Source of the DNA: Candidatus Poribacteria bacterium | GTDB lineage: Bacteria > Poribacteria > WGA-4E > WGA-3G | Assembly (NCBI GenBank): GCA_965214095.1 | Contig: OZ243938.1 | Location: 800,001 to 864,000, forward strand | DNA: 64,000 nucleotides | Reading direction: 5' to 3' | Shown: in pieces, positions 1-10,801 of the stretch | Position numbering within the stretch: the first letter of the stretch is position 1 | Layout: every line of letters begins with the position of its first letter | Position numbers and translations under genes: made by a program | Notes under the pieces: model-generated | What the model was told of the DNA's origin: nothing | What the model saw: only the letters and a program-made list of their open reading frames with translations | Databases searched by the model: none

Positions 1-930
1 AGGATAATATATCAATAGCGGTATATGCACAATCTCCTCAAACATACTGAGATTCTTAGCAATGAGACCGTGTTCTCCCAGCAGAAATCCGTGGTCTGCC
101 ATAAAGATAATCATCGTGTTTTCCATCAAACCCATATAGTCAATCTTACTCAGCAATTTGCCAATCCAATGGTCAACGAGAGATGCTTCTGCCCTATAGA
201 GAGCATTGAGTCGTTGTGTCGTCCGTTCATCCATCTGATTGACACCATAAGTTGGATAGATGGGTTCTGGACCATCGTAATCATCTGGATCAAACCTTCT
301 GATATACCAGTCAGGCACATCCCACGGTTCGTGTGGATCGAAGGTATCAACCATCAGATAGAAACTCTCATGTTGATAGTTGTGTTCCAACCAATCACAT
401 GCGGTTTGCACCGTCTGTGCTACAAAGGTATCCCCTTCGTTCTTACGATATTCGCTATTTTTCAGATGATTCCCAAGACCAGGTGGCAATCTATCTGGAT
501 GTGGTCTAGTGTGTTCACGATAACGCAATGCTATTTCAGTTCCAAAGTCGTAAGGTTGAGTTTCCAATAGATCGGATTCCTGACCCCGTATCCATTTCCA
601 TCCAGTGAACCCTCTATTATACAAGAATCCATTATTAAGATGGTGTGGTGTATCCGCAATCATCATGCTTACTACACCTGCTTTTGTGAGATCGTTGGCA
701 ATCACCGGAACGTTGCGTTGGAGCGGCTCCCATCCACGTCTACATATACCTAATTCACCGGTGACCAAATCACCACGTATCGGAACAGTCGGATAACTGC
801 TAACATAGGCTTTGTCAAAGACAACGCATTTTTCAGCGAAAGCATTGAGTGCAGGACTATATCCTTTACCACCGTAAACTTCTAAATTGTCACGCCTAAA
901 TGTATCTGAAATGATATGTATTATATTCAT
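1..930 (-). CDS. Sulfatase-like hydrolase (alkaline phosphatase superfamily), runs off window start
   Basis: Not in ORF track. Manual translation from ATG at 930 (SD AGAGGG): MNIIHIISDTFRRDNL...SSYPTVPIRGDL...DTFDPHEPWD...FMADHGFLLGEHG. Metal-binding D, PHxP and DHG motifs present; nucleophile position is Thr. Confidence 0.85.
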   Translation of the reverse strand, partial: MNIIHIISDTFRRDNLEVYGGKGYSPALNAFAEKCVVFDKAYVSSYPTVPIRGDLVTGELGICRRGWEPLQRNVPVIANDLTKAGVVSMMIADTPHHLNNGFLYNRGFTGWKWIRGQESDLLETQPYDFGTEIALRYREHTRPHPDRLPPGLGNHLKNSEYRKNEGDTFVAQTVQTACDWLEHNYQHESFYLMVDTFDPHEPWDVPDWYIRRFDPDDYDGPEPIYPTYGVNQMDERTTQRLNALYRAEASLVDHWIGKLLSKIDYMGLMENTMIIFMADHGFLLGEHGLIAKNLSMFEEIVHIPLLIYYP

Positions 931-982
931 AATTCCCTCTATGATCTGAAAGATAGAATCCAACTAAATTATAGTCTTAAAA

Positions 983-2395
983 TTATACATGAATTTCACT
1001 TTCTTGTGTCATCTTTTCCTTTTCCCTTTCAGCAATCTGTACCACAGCCGGCAATAACCCATAGATACACCAGAACGGAACACCGATTGCATCTCCATTC
1101 AATAGATTATTCACAACGAAATGCACCATCAATGATATTTCTACAGACATCAGACCTACAATAATAGAACGGTAGAAGCTATCTTCAATTCTTTTGAGGG
1201 CACGAAAACCGTAATGTAAAAAAGCAAGATTGAGCCAAATCCATACCACTAACCCTATTGTACCAAGTTCTGCCATCACCTGTAGATATTCACTATGTGC
1301 ACCTAACTGATACTGTGCAACATAACTACCTACGAGCGAAACATCCTCCTCATAGAGCATTGCAAACGCTCCATACCCCTTACCTAAGATAGGACTGTCC
1401 AGAAACATTGTGATAGCTTGTCCCCATCGCATGATGCGTGCCCGGTTAGAGGCATAATTCAAATCTACAGTTGTTGAAATCCGTTCCATTAGAGCACTAT
1501 AGACACCCGGTAAACTCAAACATGCTAATAAGACAAGACAGGCAGCACCAACAAACAGTATCTTCTTATGTGTAACACCTTTTCCTAATTGCAAAAGCAT
1601 AAACCCCACCGCAACGATAACAGATAACCAAACCCCGCGCGAAAAACACATTATGAGACCTATCCCAAAACAGATAATCCACCCAAACCACATTACACGG
1701 TCATATTGATGATTATCAAACATCAGACGGCTTAAACATATTAAAAAGAAAATTGCTGTGAATGCTCCGTAAACAGAATAGTTCGTGAATGGTGAACTCC
1801 GAAACGCACTTGTCCACTGCCACTGATCGATATTGACAATCAACACGATAATCGTCCAGAAAACTGCAATTGCTGCACTCGGGAATGATGCAACGAATAA
1901 CCGCTTCAAATCTTGACGGTGTTGAATTATATCATACACAACTAAACTGAGCAGGACGTATGTTGTATATCTGATTGCACCTTTCAAAGTACCAAATAGA
2001 TCAGGGGTATTGATTGCAGAAATAAAAGTAACGCATATAAACAAACAAAGAGGTAATAGGAATGGGAATGCGGGTCTGTTCTGCTGCCTACCGAGCGCAA
2101 AGTCCAATATCTTCTTTAGCAGATAAACAGCACACAGCATACCCAACAACGGTTCAGTAGGGGTTTGAATCTCAAGCAGTTGAGGGATAATATATCGAAA
2201 TGAAAATGGCAGGCAAATGAATAGGAGATAGAGTGCCAACTCCATTCCTATAAATACAAATAATCCTGTTGCAAACAATAGACAAAGAACAGCAAGCGGT
2301 GATTCTGAATAGAGTCCAACTATTATCCCAAATACGATGCAAACTATAAATGGAAGGATACGGTTTGCGTGTTTCAAGGACCTGCCTGTTATCAA
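983..2395 (-). CDS. O-antigen ligase family (Wzy_C) membrane protein
   Basis: Multi-TM; FSRGVW, R..RW..A..MFLDSPILGKGYG and AHSEYLQVMAELG motifs. Confidence 0.85.
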   Translation of the reverse strand: MITGRSLKHANRILPFIVCIVFGIIVGLYSESPLAVLCLLFATGLFVFIGMELALYLLFICLPFSFRYIIPQLLEIQTPTEPLLGMLCAVYLLKKILDFALGRQQNRPAFPFLLPLCLFICVTFISAINTPDLFGTLKGAIRYTTYVLLSLVVYDIIQHRQDLKRLFVASFPSAAIAVFWTIIVLIVNIDQWQWTSAFRSSPFTNYSVYGAFTAIFFLICLSRLMFDNHQYDRVMWFGWIICFGIGLIMCFSRGVWLSVIVAVGFMLLQLGKGVTHKKILFVGAACLVLLACLSLPGVYSALMERISTTVDLNYASNRARIMRWGQAITMFLDSPILGKGYGAFAMLYEEDVSLVGSYVAQYQLGAHSEYLQVMAELGTIGLVVWIWLNLAFLHYGFRALKRIEDSFYRSIIVGLMSVEISLMVHFVVNNLLNGDAIGVPFWCIYGLLPAVVQIAEREKEKMTQESEIHV

Positions 2396-3108
2396 AACTG
2401 CGTGCTGACTCCAAATCCAATCGCAGTTCCATCTAATATTATGTTAATAGGAGGAGTTCCTGTAGTTTCAACAGATTTTAGTAACCGCTTCAATTCAAAA
2501 GTAATGGCAGCGTTATTCCCAATAGATGCTCGTGTATTTGAAGAAGTTTGCCACTGAAACAACTCTAAACCAACAAGAACATAACCAGTTGTACTTGTCC
2601 CACCATTTGACAGCATGATTCCCTGTTCTGCCAGCAAATCTATCATGTTTCCTTCAAAATTTGCACTTAACAGTCCAACTCCTGCCCCAAAATATATTGG
2701 TAGGTATTCATAGAGAAATACTGGACGATAGATGAGTTGGTAGGAGATCGGTACAAGTGTTGTTGTAATAAAGAGTGAATTAGGTCCAGGTGTTTGAAGT
2801 TCTGTTCGCCAATATCCAATTTCAAGACGAGAATCAAGTTCTGACATGTGCTGGAAAACAATAGAGAGTGTCGGCATCATGGCTACAGGTGTTTTGGTTA
2901 TACCTACAGACTGAAGAACATTGTTCAAATCACCTAATTTCGGTTTATATGAATAGATTGCAAACTGGAGTGATGAAGTCTTGATGTGCCGGTTGAAAAA
3001 ACTCTGTAGTCGTGGAGAAGGGTATGCCTCCTGTTCCTCAACTGGATGCGCTATTGAAAGATTAGAACAAAGGAAGAAGAGAAATAGAACAACAAACAAA
3101 TATCTCAT
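2392..3108 (-). CDS. Putative outer-membrane beta-barrel protein
   Basis: Signal peptide, amphipathic strands (PIYFGAGVGL), C-terminal Phe (GFGVSTQF); 4-nt overlap with downstream gene. Confidence 0.55.
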   Translation of the reverse strand: MRYLFVVLFLFFLCSNLSIAHPVEEQEAYPSPRLQSFFNRHIKTSSLQFAIYSYKPKLGDLNNVLQSVGITKTPVAMMPTLSIVFQHMSELDSRLEIGYWRTELQTPGPNSLFITTTLVPISYQLIYRPVFLYEYLPIYFGAGVGLLSANFEGNMIDLLAEQGIMLSNGGTSTTGYVLVGLELFQWQTSSNTRASIGNNAAITFELKRLLKSVETTGTPPINIILDGTAIGFGVSTQF

Positions 3109-3179
3109 ATTGTAGGACGGACTCTGTGCCCTGTAGTTGATGGTTAATTAGATATTAGGGCAAAACTCTACACGCTCAT

Positions 3180-3218
3180 AAAAAGTTAGGATGTCCTAAT
3201 ATACGAGGACATCCTAAC
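3180..3218 (-). terminator. Rho-independent terminator after OmpA-family gene
   Basis: 13-bp stem GTTAGGATGTCCT/AGGACATCCTAAC followed by T-run on minus strand. Confidence 0.75.
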
Positions 3219-3264
3219 AACACTTGACGAAAAATCGTGGGGTAACTAATGTATGAAAATCACA

Positions 3265-4137
3265 TTACATCGAACCAGTTGGGTTGAGAATAATCTCTAC
3301 CCGACGATTCATGGCTCTGCCAGCTGTTGTGTTCTGTGGTCCGACTGGGTCTGTGTGTGCCCTTCCAACAGACTTGACTCTTGCTGCGTCTACACCTTTA
3401 TCTTTTAGGTATTTTGCCGCGGCATTTGCACGTGCTTGTGACAGATCCCAATTACTTTGATATCCACCACGCAATACGGGGGTACCATCGGCATGTCCAA
3501 CGACAAGTACTTCTGCCTCTGGATTTTCCATAATCTGTCCAACTACACCGTCAATCATCTCTTTTGCTTTGGCAGACAATCTTGTTTGTCCACTGGAAAA
3601 GTTGACTGTAACCAAGAGTGATGGTTTAGATGCAATATCAGCTTTAACTATACCCAATTCCTCTATAATAGAGGCAATTTGTGATAGTGCTTTCTTTATG
3701 TCCATACCTTGCGTATTTACAGTTTTTACAAGGTCGGATAATTCTTTCTTGACCTTTGCGTCTTCTGCTTTTGCAAAATCATTCGACTTCTTGCCTGCCA
3801 TATCAAGGTCCTTTGAATGTTCTGCACGAAGTTTTGCGATTTCTTCTTTAGTATTTTGCTTTGCGGCAGCGATTGTGTCAGCATCTCCTTGTTGGGACGC
3901 GGCAATAGCCTCATCCTTCGCTTGAGAGATCGCCTCCATATTATCCTTATTGTTCTGATCAACTTTACCTTCGAGTTTTGTAATATCGGCTTTAATTTCA
4001 CTCGTGGATTGTTCTATCTGAGCAACATGCTCATTCTTCCACATGTCAAACTCTTCTTGGTTTAGCTTGCCGCACCCAATGACAGCAATACTCAGAACTA
4101 ATAGAGCTGCAACAAAAAATGTTCCTCTGGTTTTCAT
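3265..4137 (-). CDS. OmpA/MotB-family lipoprotein with coiled-coil stalk
   Basis: Lipobox IAVIGC; C-terminal GHAD...NWDLSQARA...NRRVEI peptidoglycan-binding domain; SD GGAGG. Confidence 0.85.
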   Translation of the reverse strand: MKTRGTFFVAALLVLSIAVIGCGKLNQEEFDMWKNEHVAQIEQSTSEIKADITKLEGKVDQNNKDNMEAISQAKDEAIAASQQGDADTIAAAKQNTKEEIAKLRAEHSKDLDMAGKKSNDFAKAEDAKVKKELSDLVKTVNTQGMDIKKALSQIASIIEELGIVKADIASKPSLLVTVNFSSGQTRLSAKAKEMIDGVVGQIMENPEAEVLVVGHADGTPVLRGGYQSNWDLSQARANAAAKYLKDKGVDAARVKSVGRAHTDPVGPQNTTAGRAMNRRVEIILNPTGSM

Positions 4138-4316
4138 GGAATTCCTCCAAAATATGATACGTAAACTGAGTAATTTATTTAGTCCACAATAGATGTGTCA
4201 TAATAGTTTACCACAATTTAGCATTTAATTCAAAAAAAATTGTTATGTGTCTCTATTTCTGGCTGAACGATGTCTGATTACTTGAAATTTTATGCAAAAT
4301 ACTGTAAACTAAAGAT

Positions 4317-5681
4317 ATGGGTCAATTGAGTATAATCTTTATTATAGGCTTCCTATGTCTATTTAGTTATGAACTGCCAGATAGCGTTGAAAGAATAAGC
4401 ATAGTACCGAGGCTTTTCTGGCACATTATACTTACATTTAGTCCCGTCTTAATCGCTTATCTAATTTCCTCTGTTGTCCCTCGCTTCCTAAATTCCGAAA
4501 AACCTATAGGAAAATTCTTTGAATCACGTTTTGGCACAATTCGTTTACTACTTGAAGTGCTTTGTTTAGGTGCTTTCTTGTATAATCTATATCTATTAGA
4601 TTTACTTGAATTTATTAATATACATTTTAGATTTTTTCCCTTTTTTGAACTACGTCAAAGCATCGCATTGCTCCCATTAATGATAAGTTTAATCGGTGTT
4701 AAGTTGGTTTTTCACAGTATGAGTCAAGGAGATGATGTTCGCTATGGTGAATTGTTGTCATTCCACATAAAATTTTTACTCATTCCACTTATACCATTGC
4801 TGATATATCTCACAACTCTAGATATTTTAGTTCGCCTACCCGAAGATGTTTTGGAATTTCTTGTTAAATATCCATATCTATTCATTGGACTTCTATTACC
4901 AGTACTTGCAGGAGCATATATATTTGCCCCATTGTTGATGCGGTTAATGTGGAAGACAAAAGCACTCACAGATATGGTATTAAAGGAGAGATTGGAAGAA
5001 TTGACGAAGAAAAGTCAGACGAAATATAAGGATATCGTCGTTTGGCAAACAGGCTCGTTATTAATTGCAAATGCTGCAGTGGCTGGCACCCTTCATTGGA
5101 ATAGACGTATTTTTATTACGGATACACTTCTAAAGTATTTTACAGATGACCAAATTGAAACAATTGTTGCACATGAACTTGGTCATATACGGTTTAAACA
5201 CATTCCAACCTATGTTTTATTTTCTTGTCTCTATTTAGTCAGTTATCCACTCTTTTTGATATTCATAGAACAACCGATACTCAATGTATTACCTACACTA
5301 CTGTTAGAAAATTATCCAATAATATCTTCAACCGGTTCAATAATGTTTTTCATTTTATATTTTGTCTTTGGATTCCGATACATATCGCGTCGTTTTGAAT
5401 ACCAAGCAGACCTATATGCAGCCTCACTTACAAATAAACCGGAAGCATTCATTTCCGCTTTAGAACGTTTAGCTTTGTTCAATAATATTCCAAGATACGT
5501 TAGACGCATCGTAGAATCTTTCAATACACATCCTTCAATTCATCGTCGTATTGAATTTGTTAATCGGTTTATTAAAGGTGATGTTGGAATAAAACGGTTC
5601 TATGGCTATCTGCTTGAGACGAAAATACTATTGATATTATTACCGATATTTCTTACTGTTTTACTGATACTTATATTTTAG
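4317..5681 (+). CDS. M48 family (Ste24/HtpX-like) membrane zinc metalloprotease
   Basis: TM helices, ANAA, AHELGH (HExxH), EYQAD, THPS..RRI motifs. Confidence 0.85.
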   Translation: MGQLSIIFIIGFLCLFSYELPDSVERISIVPRLFWHIILTFSPVLIAYLISSVVPRFLNSEKPIGKFFESRFGTIRLLLEVLCLGAFLYNLYLLDLLEFINIHFRFFPFFELRQSIALLPLMISLIGVKLVFHSMSQGDDVRYGELLSFHIKFLLIPLIPLLIYLTTLDILVRLPEDVLEFLVKYPYLFIGLLLPVLAGAYIFAPLLMRLMWKTKALTDMVLKERLEELTKKSQTKYKDIVVWQTGSLLIANAAVAGTLHWNRRIFITDTLLKYFTDDQIETIVAHELGHIRFKHIPTYVLFSCLYLVSYPLFLIFIEQPILNVLPTLLLENYPIISSTGSIMFFILYFVFGFRYISRRFEYQADLYAASLTNKPEAFISALERLALFNNIPRYVRRIVESFNTHPSIHRRIEFVNRFIKGDVGIKRFYGYLLETKILLILLPIFLTVLLILIF

Positions 5682-5695
5682 TTGCCGATTGACTG

Positions 5696-6037
5696 TTACT
5701 CAGGTTCAAGCACGAACTTCAGTTTGTCAATAGCACGGTTAATAGGTAATTCATAGAACTTTTGTAACTCGCGTAATTCGTTTGCTATATCAAAAGCAAC
5801 AAGCATAGGTATCCGTGATTCATCGTAGCGTTTTTTGGCATAACTATCTACTCTGCTCTTAACATAAGAAATAAGGACATCTATATCTTCAGCACTCAAT
5901 TCTTCGGATGGTTTTATAGAATATGGGATTCCCAATACTACAAATCGGATTGCTTGAACATCCTGCGTAGATTGCTGATCTTCTTCTTCTTCTTGCGGTT
6001 GTTCCTCAACTTGTTCTTCTTGCTGTTCGTCTAGCAT
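5696..6037 (-). CDS. zapA: Cell division protein ZapA-like
   Basis: VLGIPYSIK...YVKSRV...MLVAFDIANEL pattern and size typical of ZapA. Confidence 0.6.
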   Translation of the reverse strand: MLDEQQEEQVEEQPQEEEEDQQSTQDVQAIRFVVLGIPYSIKPSEELSAEDIDVLISYVKSRVDSYAKKRYDESRIPMLVAFDIANELRELQKFYELPINRAIDKLKFVLEPE

Positions 6038-6126
6038 ATCTGTTCCTTCCAGAATAAGTTCATATTAATGTTGATGCGTTTGTATTATATTGTAGAAAAA
6101 TAGAATTTGTCTAAATATATTCACAT

Positions 6127-7047
6127 CTAAGTAAGTGCCTTTCGCATCGTATCAACACAAGGTTCAACACCTGTCCACCTTTGAAAAGAAATTGCACCTT
6201 GATGAACCAACATACCGATGCCACCAACAATTCTACATTTCTTTTCTGCTGCTATTAATAACGATGTCATCGGTGGAGTGTATACAATATCACATACAGT
6301 TGCATTCAGTTGAAGCCAATCCGGATTAATTAGAAGCGGAATTGTGGAATCCATGCTTGATGAAGAAGTATTGACAATTAATGCACTTCCATTCACAGCA
6401 TCAGGTAAACGTGAATCCTGCAACCCCATGCCTATCAATTCTGTCCGATGTATTGTTGAGGCGTCAATAGCGGTTTCAGAAACCGTTGTGTTATCTTCCT
6501 TCTTCTTTTTTCCGAATATTTTATCTGTTAGTTCTTCAGCCAATGCAACTGCCTTTGAAACCGTCCTATTAGCAATGACAATTGAACGGACACCAGCAAG
6601 TGCTAAAGCGACTACAATTGCCCGCGCTGATCCTCCTGCGCCAAGAACAACGACATTTTCACCCACTGGCACAACAGCACCTGCTTCCTCCAAAGAACGT
6701 AAAAATCCGGGGGCATCCGTGTTTTCACCGTGTATCTGTCCATCGGTAAATGTAAGTGTATTAACTGCTCCGATGAGTTCTGCTTCGCGTGAGATTGTCG
6801 CAAGATACGGTATGACAGATTGTTTATGCGGAAGTGTAACATTTATCCCTACAACGTTGAGTGCTATAAATCCGTGTAATGCTTCGGCTACCGCTTCTGC
6901 AGCAACATGAAATGGCACATAAACATAGTCAAGTCCCGCTTCAGCGAGGGCTGCGTTATGCATCTGTGGTGAACGACTATGCGATACTGGTTCCCCTATA
7001 ACACCAATGATTCGAGTGTTACCAGTGATTGAATGTGGTGTGTCCAT
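6127..7047 (-). CDS. aroE: Shikimate dehydrogenase
   Basis: HSRSPQMHN, NVTLPHK, GAVNT, NTD, GAGGSAR, DIVY, GMLVHQG. Confidence 0.95.
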   Translation of the reverse strand: MDTPHSITGNTRIIGVIGEPVSHSRSPQMHNAALAEAGLDYVYVPFHVAAEAVAEALHGFIALNVVGINVTLPHKQSVIPYLATISREAELIGAVNTLTFTDGQIHGENTDAPGFLRSLEEAGAVVPVGENVVVLGAGGSARAIVVALALAGVRSIVIANRTVSKAVALAEELTDKIFGKKKKEDNTTVSETAIDASTIHRTELIGMGLQDSRLPDAVNGSALIVNTSSSSMDSTIPLLINPDWLQLNATVCDIVYTPPMTSLLIAAEKKCRIVGGIGMLVHQGAISFQRWTGVEPCVDTMRKALT

Positions 7048-7096
7048 TGATTTATGATTACTTTATACGAATGTTGTTAACGAACCTACTATGTTG

Positions 7097-10000
7097 TCAA
7101 TTGTTATCAGGTGTTTGAATTTCAGTTTGCTGCTTAGAAAGTAAATCTTCCACTAATTGTTTGGCTGCATCCATAGATGGATAACGAATTTCACGATATC
7201 CACGAACGGTTTCAACGCACTCCATTGCTTGAACATGTTTGTCATAGTCCACATCACTGTCTGAAGAGAATGTATCTATAACTTCACGGATATACCATTC
7301 TCGGAACTCACGTTCTTTTGCGTGCCATTTTGATAACCATCTACGTAGAAACTTCATCCGTTTCATTGTGTGTAACATCCAATTCCGTGTATCAATATCA
7401 CGTTCAATATCAAACCCCATTACAGTGAAATGTGGACGATTGAGATGGAGATACTTAATCTTATCACCGTTCTTCTCATCAACATTATATCTTATCTTAT
7501 CACGAGCGAACTTCTCTTTACTGGTCAACAGATGAGAAACATAGACTTCATCCTTAATCAACATTACTTTGTGTAGATACTTTATTGTTGCTTTAGTGGC
7601 ACGATAACCGTCATTGTCGTTTTCGTGGACTTGTTCAACCTTTTCAATATATGTCCGCGCATATTCAATGTTTTCAAACTGAATCAGGTCATATATATAA
7701 ATGGCAAGAGACCTATTTGTGTTCTCATCAAGGTTCAGTTTCTCAACGATTCCCTCTACTGATTGAACATAAGATGCAGCAATATGTTTTCCACTACGTT
7801 TTTCGGATAGTATTTTCCGCTTCTCTTCCAATGTTACTTCATAACTTTCTGTAGTAGATTCAGTTATATGTTGCGATATAGTGTTTTGAGTCCTCTCATT
7901 GACTGCCAGGTATCTGCCAATTTCAAAAGCGTTGAGATTCTGTTGTAAATCGGATCTGCGAACCATCTGTTTCAAAGCGATCCTGATAGGTTCAAGTTCA
8001 AGCGGCATCACACCACGTTGGAATGTAACACCTAACAGCATTATATTCGCGTATAATTTTGTTCCGAATAATTGTTCGGATACATCAAACAGATTTAATC
8101 CGAAGTAAGTTTTTGAATTTTCCTGAATAGTTGATTCCAAATCGGCAGTCTCAAAACTATCCTCACCGATGAGCATTCTGATAGTTTCTGTTTTAGCAGT
8201 ATTGACAACTGCATCTGTCCGTTGAGACGATGCGACACGAAAAACCGACTCTCCTGTTATGCCACGAACAGCTTCCAATATGTCAAGACCCATTACAAGA
8301 TCCGCTTTTCCATACGGAATAATCGGTGAAATTTTAGTATCACTATTTGTATAGGTGACGTGCGTATAGACACCACCATTCCGTATTGCTAAACCTTTTC
8401 TATCACAGAAATGGACATCAAACCCTTGCAAATATCCTGCAACAACAAGGATTTTGGACATGGTTCCGATACCCATTCCACCAACTCCGGCAGCATACGC
8501 ACTCCAAACGTTCTTGAATGGTTGCGGTGGTGGCGGTGGTAAAGGATGTCCACCATCCATACCTATTTGCATCAGTAAATCCGCGAGACCTGTTTCATCC
8601 CATATCTTATCTGTATCTTGACTATTCTCTTCAGTTTTTTCGATTTGCTGCAGTTTCTGTTTCCGAGGTGGACGTTTACGAGTGATGACGACTTCTTCAA
8701 AAGAGGGACATGCCCATTTAATTCGTGCACAAGCACCATCGGTGACACAATTAGATTTATCAATCGCTATTTTGTTACCATAATCTGTATCTTCAATCTT
8801 TAGGGCAGGACATCCAGTTGATTTGGTACATTCCAAACAAAATTCACATACTTCATGTGTAATGTTTATATGTTTCTCTACTTTTAGGAAGCCTTTTTTC
8901 TCTTTGACTGCTTGTTGTTCACGTCTTAGTCGTCTGTGTAGTGTTATTGCACATTCTTTATCCGCAATGATTATTTTTACACCGGATTTCAGAAATGCTT
9001 TCTCAAGATATTTCTTATAGTTTAATCGGTCTTCAGGATTTACTCGGACGATAGTAATTTCAGAATCCCCTGCTAATCCTTGAACAACTTTTTCTATGTC
9101 TTGAGCAAATGTAGGATTACCAAGGATATCCAGTTCGTCTGCTGGTGTCGGTTGGTGTCCTGTCATCGCTGTTGTCTGATTGTCTAATATGATGTAGGTT
9201 AAATCTTGGTTATTCTTGATAGAATCAGAAATAGCAGACATACCACCGTGAAAGAAGGTTGAGTCCCCCATAAACACGACCTGCTTATTGATGATGAAGG
9301 GATCGATTCCTGCACCTGTTCCGCCTCCAAGTGTCATTGCAGAGAGATTGTGCATCAGTCGTGGAAATGGTTCGTATTTCAGCATTGAATAACACCCAAT
9401 ATCCCCGTGAAAGACAAGATCAACAGGTGGTGAATCGTGGTGTTTTTTCATGTAATCGGGATCCATAAATTGTTTAGTAATATCAAGTAAAACACTTGAG
9501 GAATCCCTATGTGGACATCCTGGGCAGAATGTTGGCGTGCGTTTTGGTAGGTCAACTTTGATATCTGATACCTGCTGCTGTAACTCTGCAACTGATGAAA
9601 AATGGTCAGCATCTACTGAAATATGAGATGCATATTCTTTCACATTTCCATTTTCTGCGAAAAGTGGAATTAAACGTTGAATTAGGATGGATGCATCTAA
9701 TCCAGCTGCGACAGGAATTCCTGTCAAGCCGTTCGGAAACTGTTTACCCCAGACCTTTACATACCTTTCAAGTTTACCTTCCTGATAGATTTGTGCTAAA
9801 AACGCCTTGATTTCGTTTTCCAAGATAGGACGTTTCTCTTCAATGACAATTATTTCATCAACGTTCTTGGTGAATTCTTGAATTATATCTGTATCTATCG
9901 GGTGGGTCATTCCGAGTTTGAGTATGGGAATGGTATCACTGATGTTCAGTTCAGTTAGGGCATGTTCTAAGTAGCAATAACTGAAACCTGATGTAATGAA

Positions 10001-10795
10001 GCCAATCCTATGACGCGATTGATTAGAAAAAGATTCTCCATTCTCAGGAGGATAGATAATTTTGTTAAGACCTAAATGTCGTGCTGTTTCAAGCGCGGTG
10101 GGAAAACGTTCACTAAGTAATTCAACTTCAACTCGGATAGTGTCAGGTGGAAGTAGGACGCGTTCATCTGTAGAAATCAAAGAAGTGTCTATTTCTGTCG
10201 GTGCAATTTTACTTATTTCCGGATAATGATTGGGATGTAGTTCAACATTTCCACCGCCATCAGCTTGATTCTGTGTCGTTAAATAGCATGTATAGAGGTT
10301 TGAAGCTGTAGAAATCTCAAATGCATATTTGACCCAATCTTTCATCTCCTGCCAAGTTGAAGGTTCTAATAGTGGCATATAGAGGTGTCGTGCGAGTACA
10401 CGGGAATCGGCTGGTACTTGCGTACTATACGACCACGTGTCATCACCTACGACGACAACAGCACCACCGCTTGTGCCAGCAAGATTGCTTATGGCAAGAC
10501 TATCAGATGCGACGTGCATGCCGACACTCTTCATAAAGGCAATAGCACGCATTTCAGCCATTTGTGATCCATTCAACCTTGCCACACTCAACGCTTCATT
10601 GTTGGCAATTTGTGCAACGATACCATTTGTTTTGAGTAGTTCAGAATTGCGCTGCAGGACATCAAACACCTCAGAAATTGGTGAACCCGGATAACCCGTC
10701 AGCAAACTCACGCCGCTCTCTAAAGACCCCTTTACAAGCAGTTCACAGCCGGTATAGACATTTGTGCCGTTTGATTGAGAAAACCTTTCATCCAT
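7097..10795 (-). CDS. Indolepyruvate ferredoxin oxidoreductase family, single-chain fused form
   Basis: GYPGSP, FCPGCPH, GDIGC, TPP motif GDSTFFH..N, CEFCLEC..CP ferredoxin, GVGGMG gamma domain, IKDEVYV C-terminal domain. Confidence 0.85.
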   Translation of the reverse strand: MDERFSQSNGTNVYTGCELLVKGSLESGVSLLTGYPGSPISEVFDVLQRNSELLKTNGIVAQIANNEALSVARLNGSQMAEMRAIAFMKSVGMHVASDSLAISNLAGTSGGAVVVVGDDTWSYSTQVPADSRVLARHLYMPLLEPSTWQEMKDWVKYAFEISTASNLYTCYLTTQNQADGGGNVELHPNHYPEISKIAPTEIDTSLISTDERVLLPPDTIRVEVELLSERFPTALETARHLGLNKIIYPPENGESFSNQSRHRIGFITSGFSYCYLEHALTELNISDTIPILKLGMTHPIDTDIIQEFTKNVDEIIVIEEKRPILENEIKAFLAQIYQEGKLERYVKVWGKQFPNGLTGIPVAAGLDASILIQRLIPLFAENGNVKEYASHISVDADHFSSVAELQQQVSDIKVDLPKRTPTFCPGCPHRDSSSVLLDITKQFMDPDYMKKHHDSPPVDLVFHGDIGCYSMLKYEPFPRLMHNLSAMTLGGGTGAGIDPFIINKQVVFMGDSTFFHGGMSAISDSIKNNQDLTYIILDNQTTAMTGHQPTPADELDILGNPTFAQDIEKVVQGLAGDSEITIVRVNPEDRLNYKKYLEKAFLKSGVKIIIADKECAITLHRRLRREQQAVKEKKGFLKVEKHINITHEVCEFCLECTKSTGCPALKIEDTDYGNKIAIDKSNCVTDGACARIKWACPSFEEVVITRKRPPRKQKLQQIEKTEENSQDTDKIWDETGLADLLMQIGMDGGHPLPPPPPQPFKNVWSAYAAGVGGMGIGTMSKILVVAGYLQGFDVHFCDRKGLAIRNGGVYTHVTYTNSDTKISPIIPYGKADLVMGLDILEAVRGITGESVFRVASSQRTDAVVNTAKTETIRMLIGEDSFETADLESTIQENSKTYFGLNLFDVSEQLFGTKLYANIMLLGVTFQRGVMPLELEPIRIALKQMVRRSDLQQNLNAFEIGRYLAVNERTQNTISQHITESTTESYEVTLEEKRKILSEKRSGKHIAASYVQSVEGIVEKLNLDENTNRSLAIYIYDLIQFENIEYARTYIEKVEQVHENDNDGYRATKATIKYLHKVMLIKDEVYVSHLLTSKEKFARDKIRYNVDEKNGDKIKYLHLNRPHFTVMGFDIERDIDTRNWMLHTMKRMKFLRRWLSKWHAKEREFREWYIREVIDTFSSDSDVDYDKHVQAMECVETVRGYREIRYPSMDAAKQLVEDLLSKQQTEIQTPDNN

Positions 10796-10801
10796 TGTAT
10801 A

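Noticed and set aside
25-796. Plus-strand ORFs 25-570 and 605-796
   Set aside because: Antisense shadows of the minus-strand sulfatase-like gene
5682-5695. 6S RNA expected downstream of zapA
   Set aside because: Only 14 nt before the convergent M48 gene; no room
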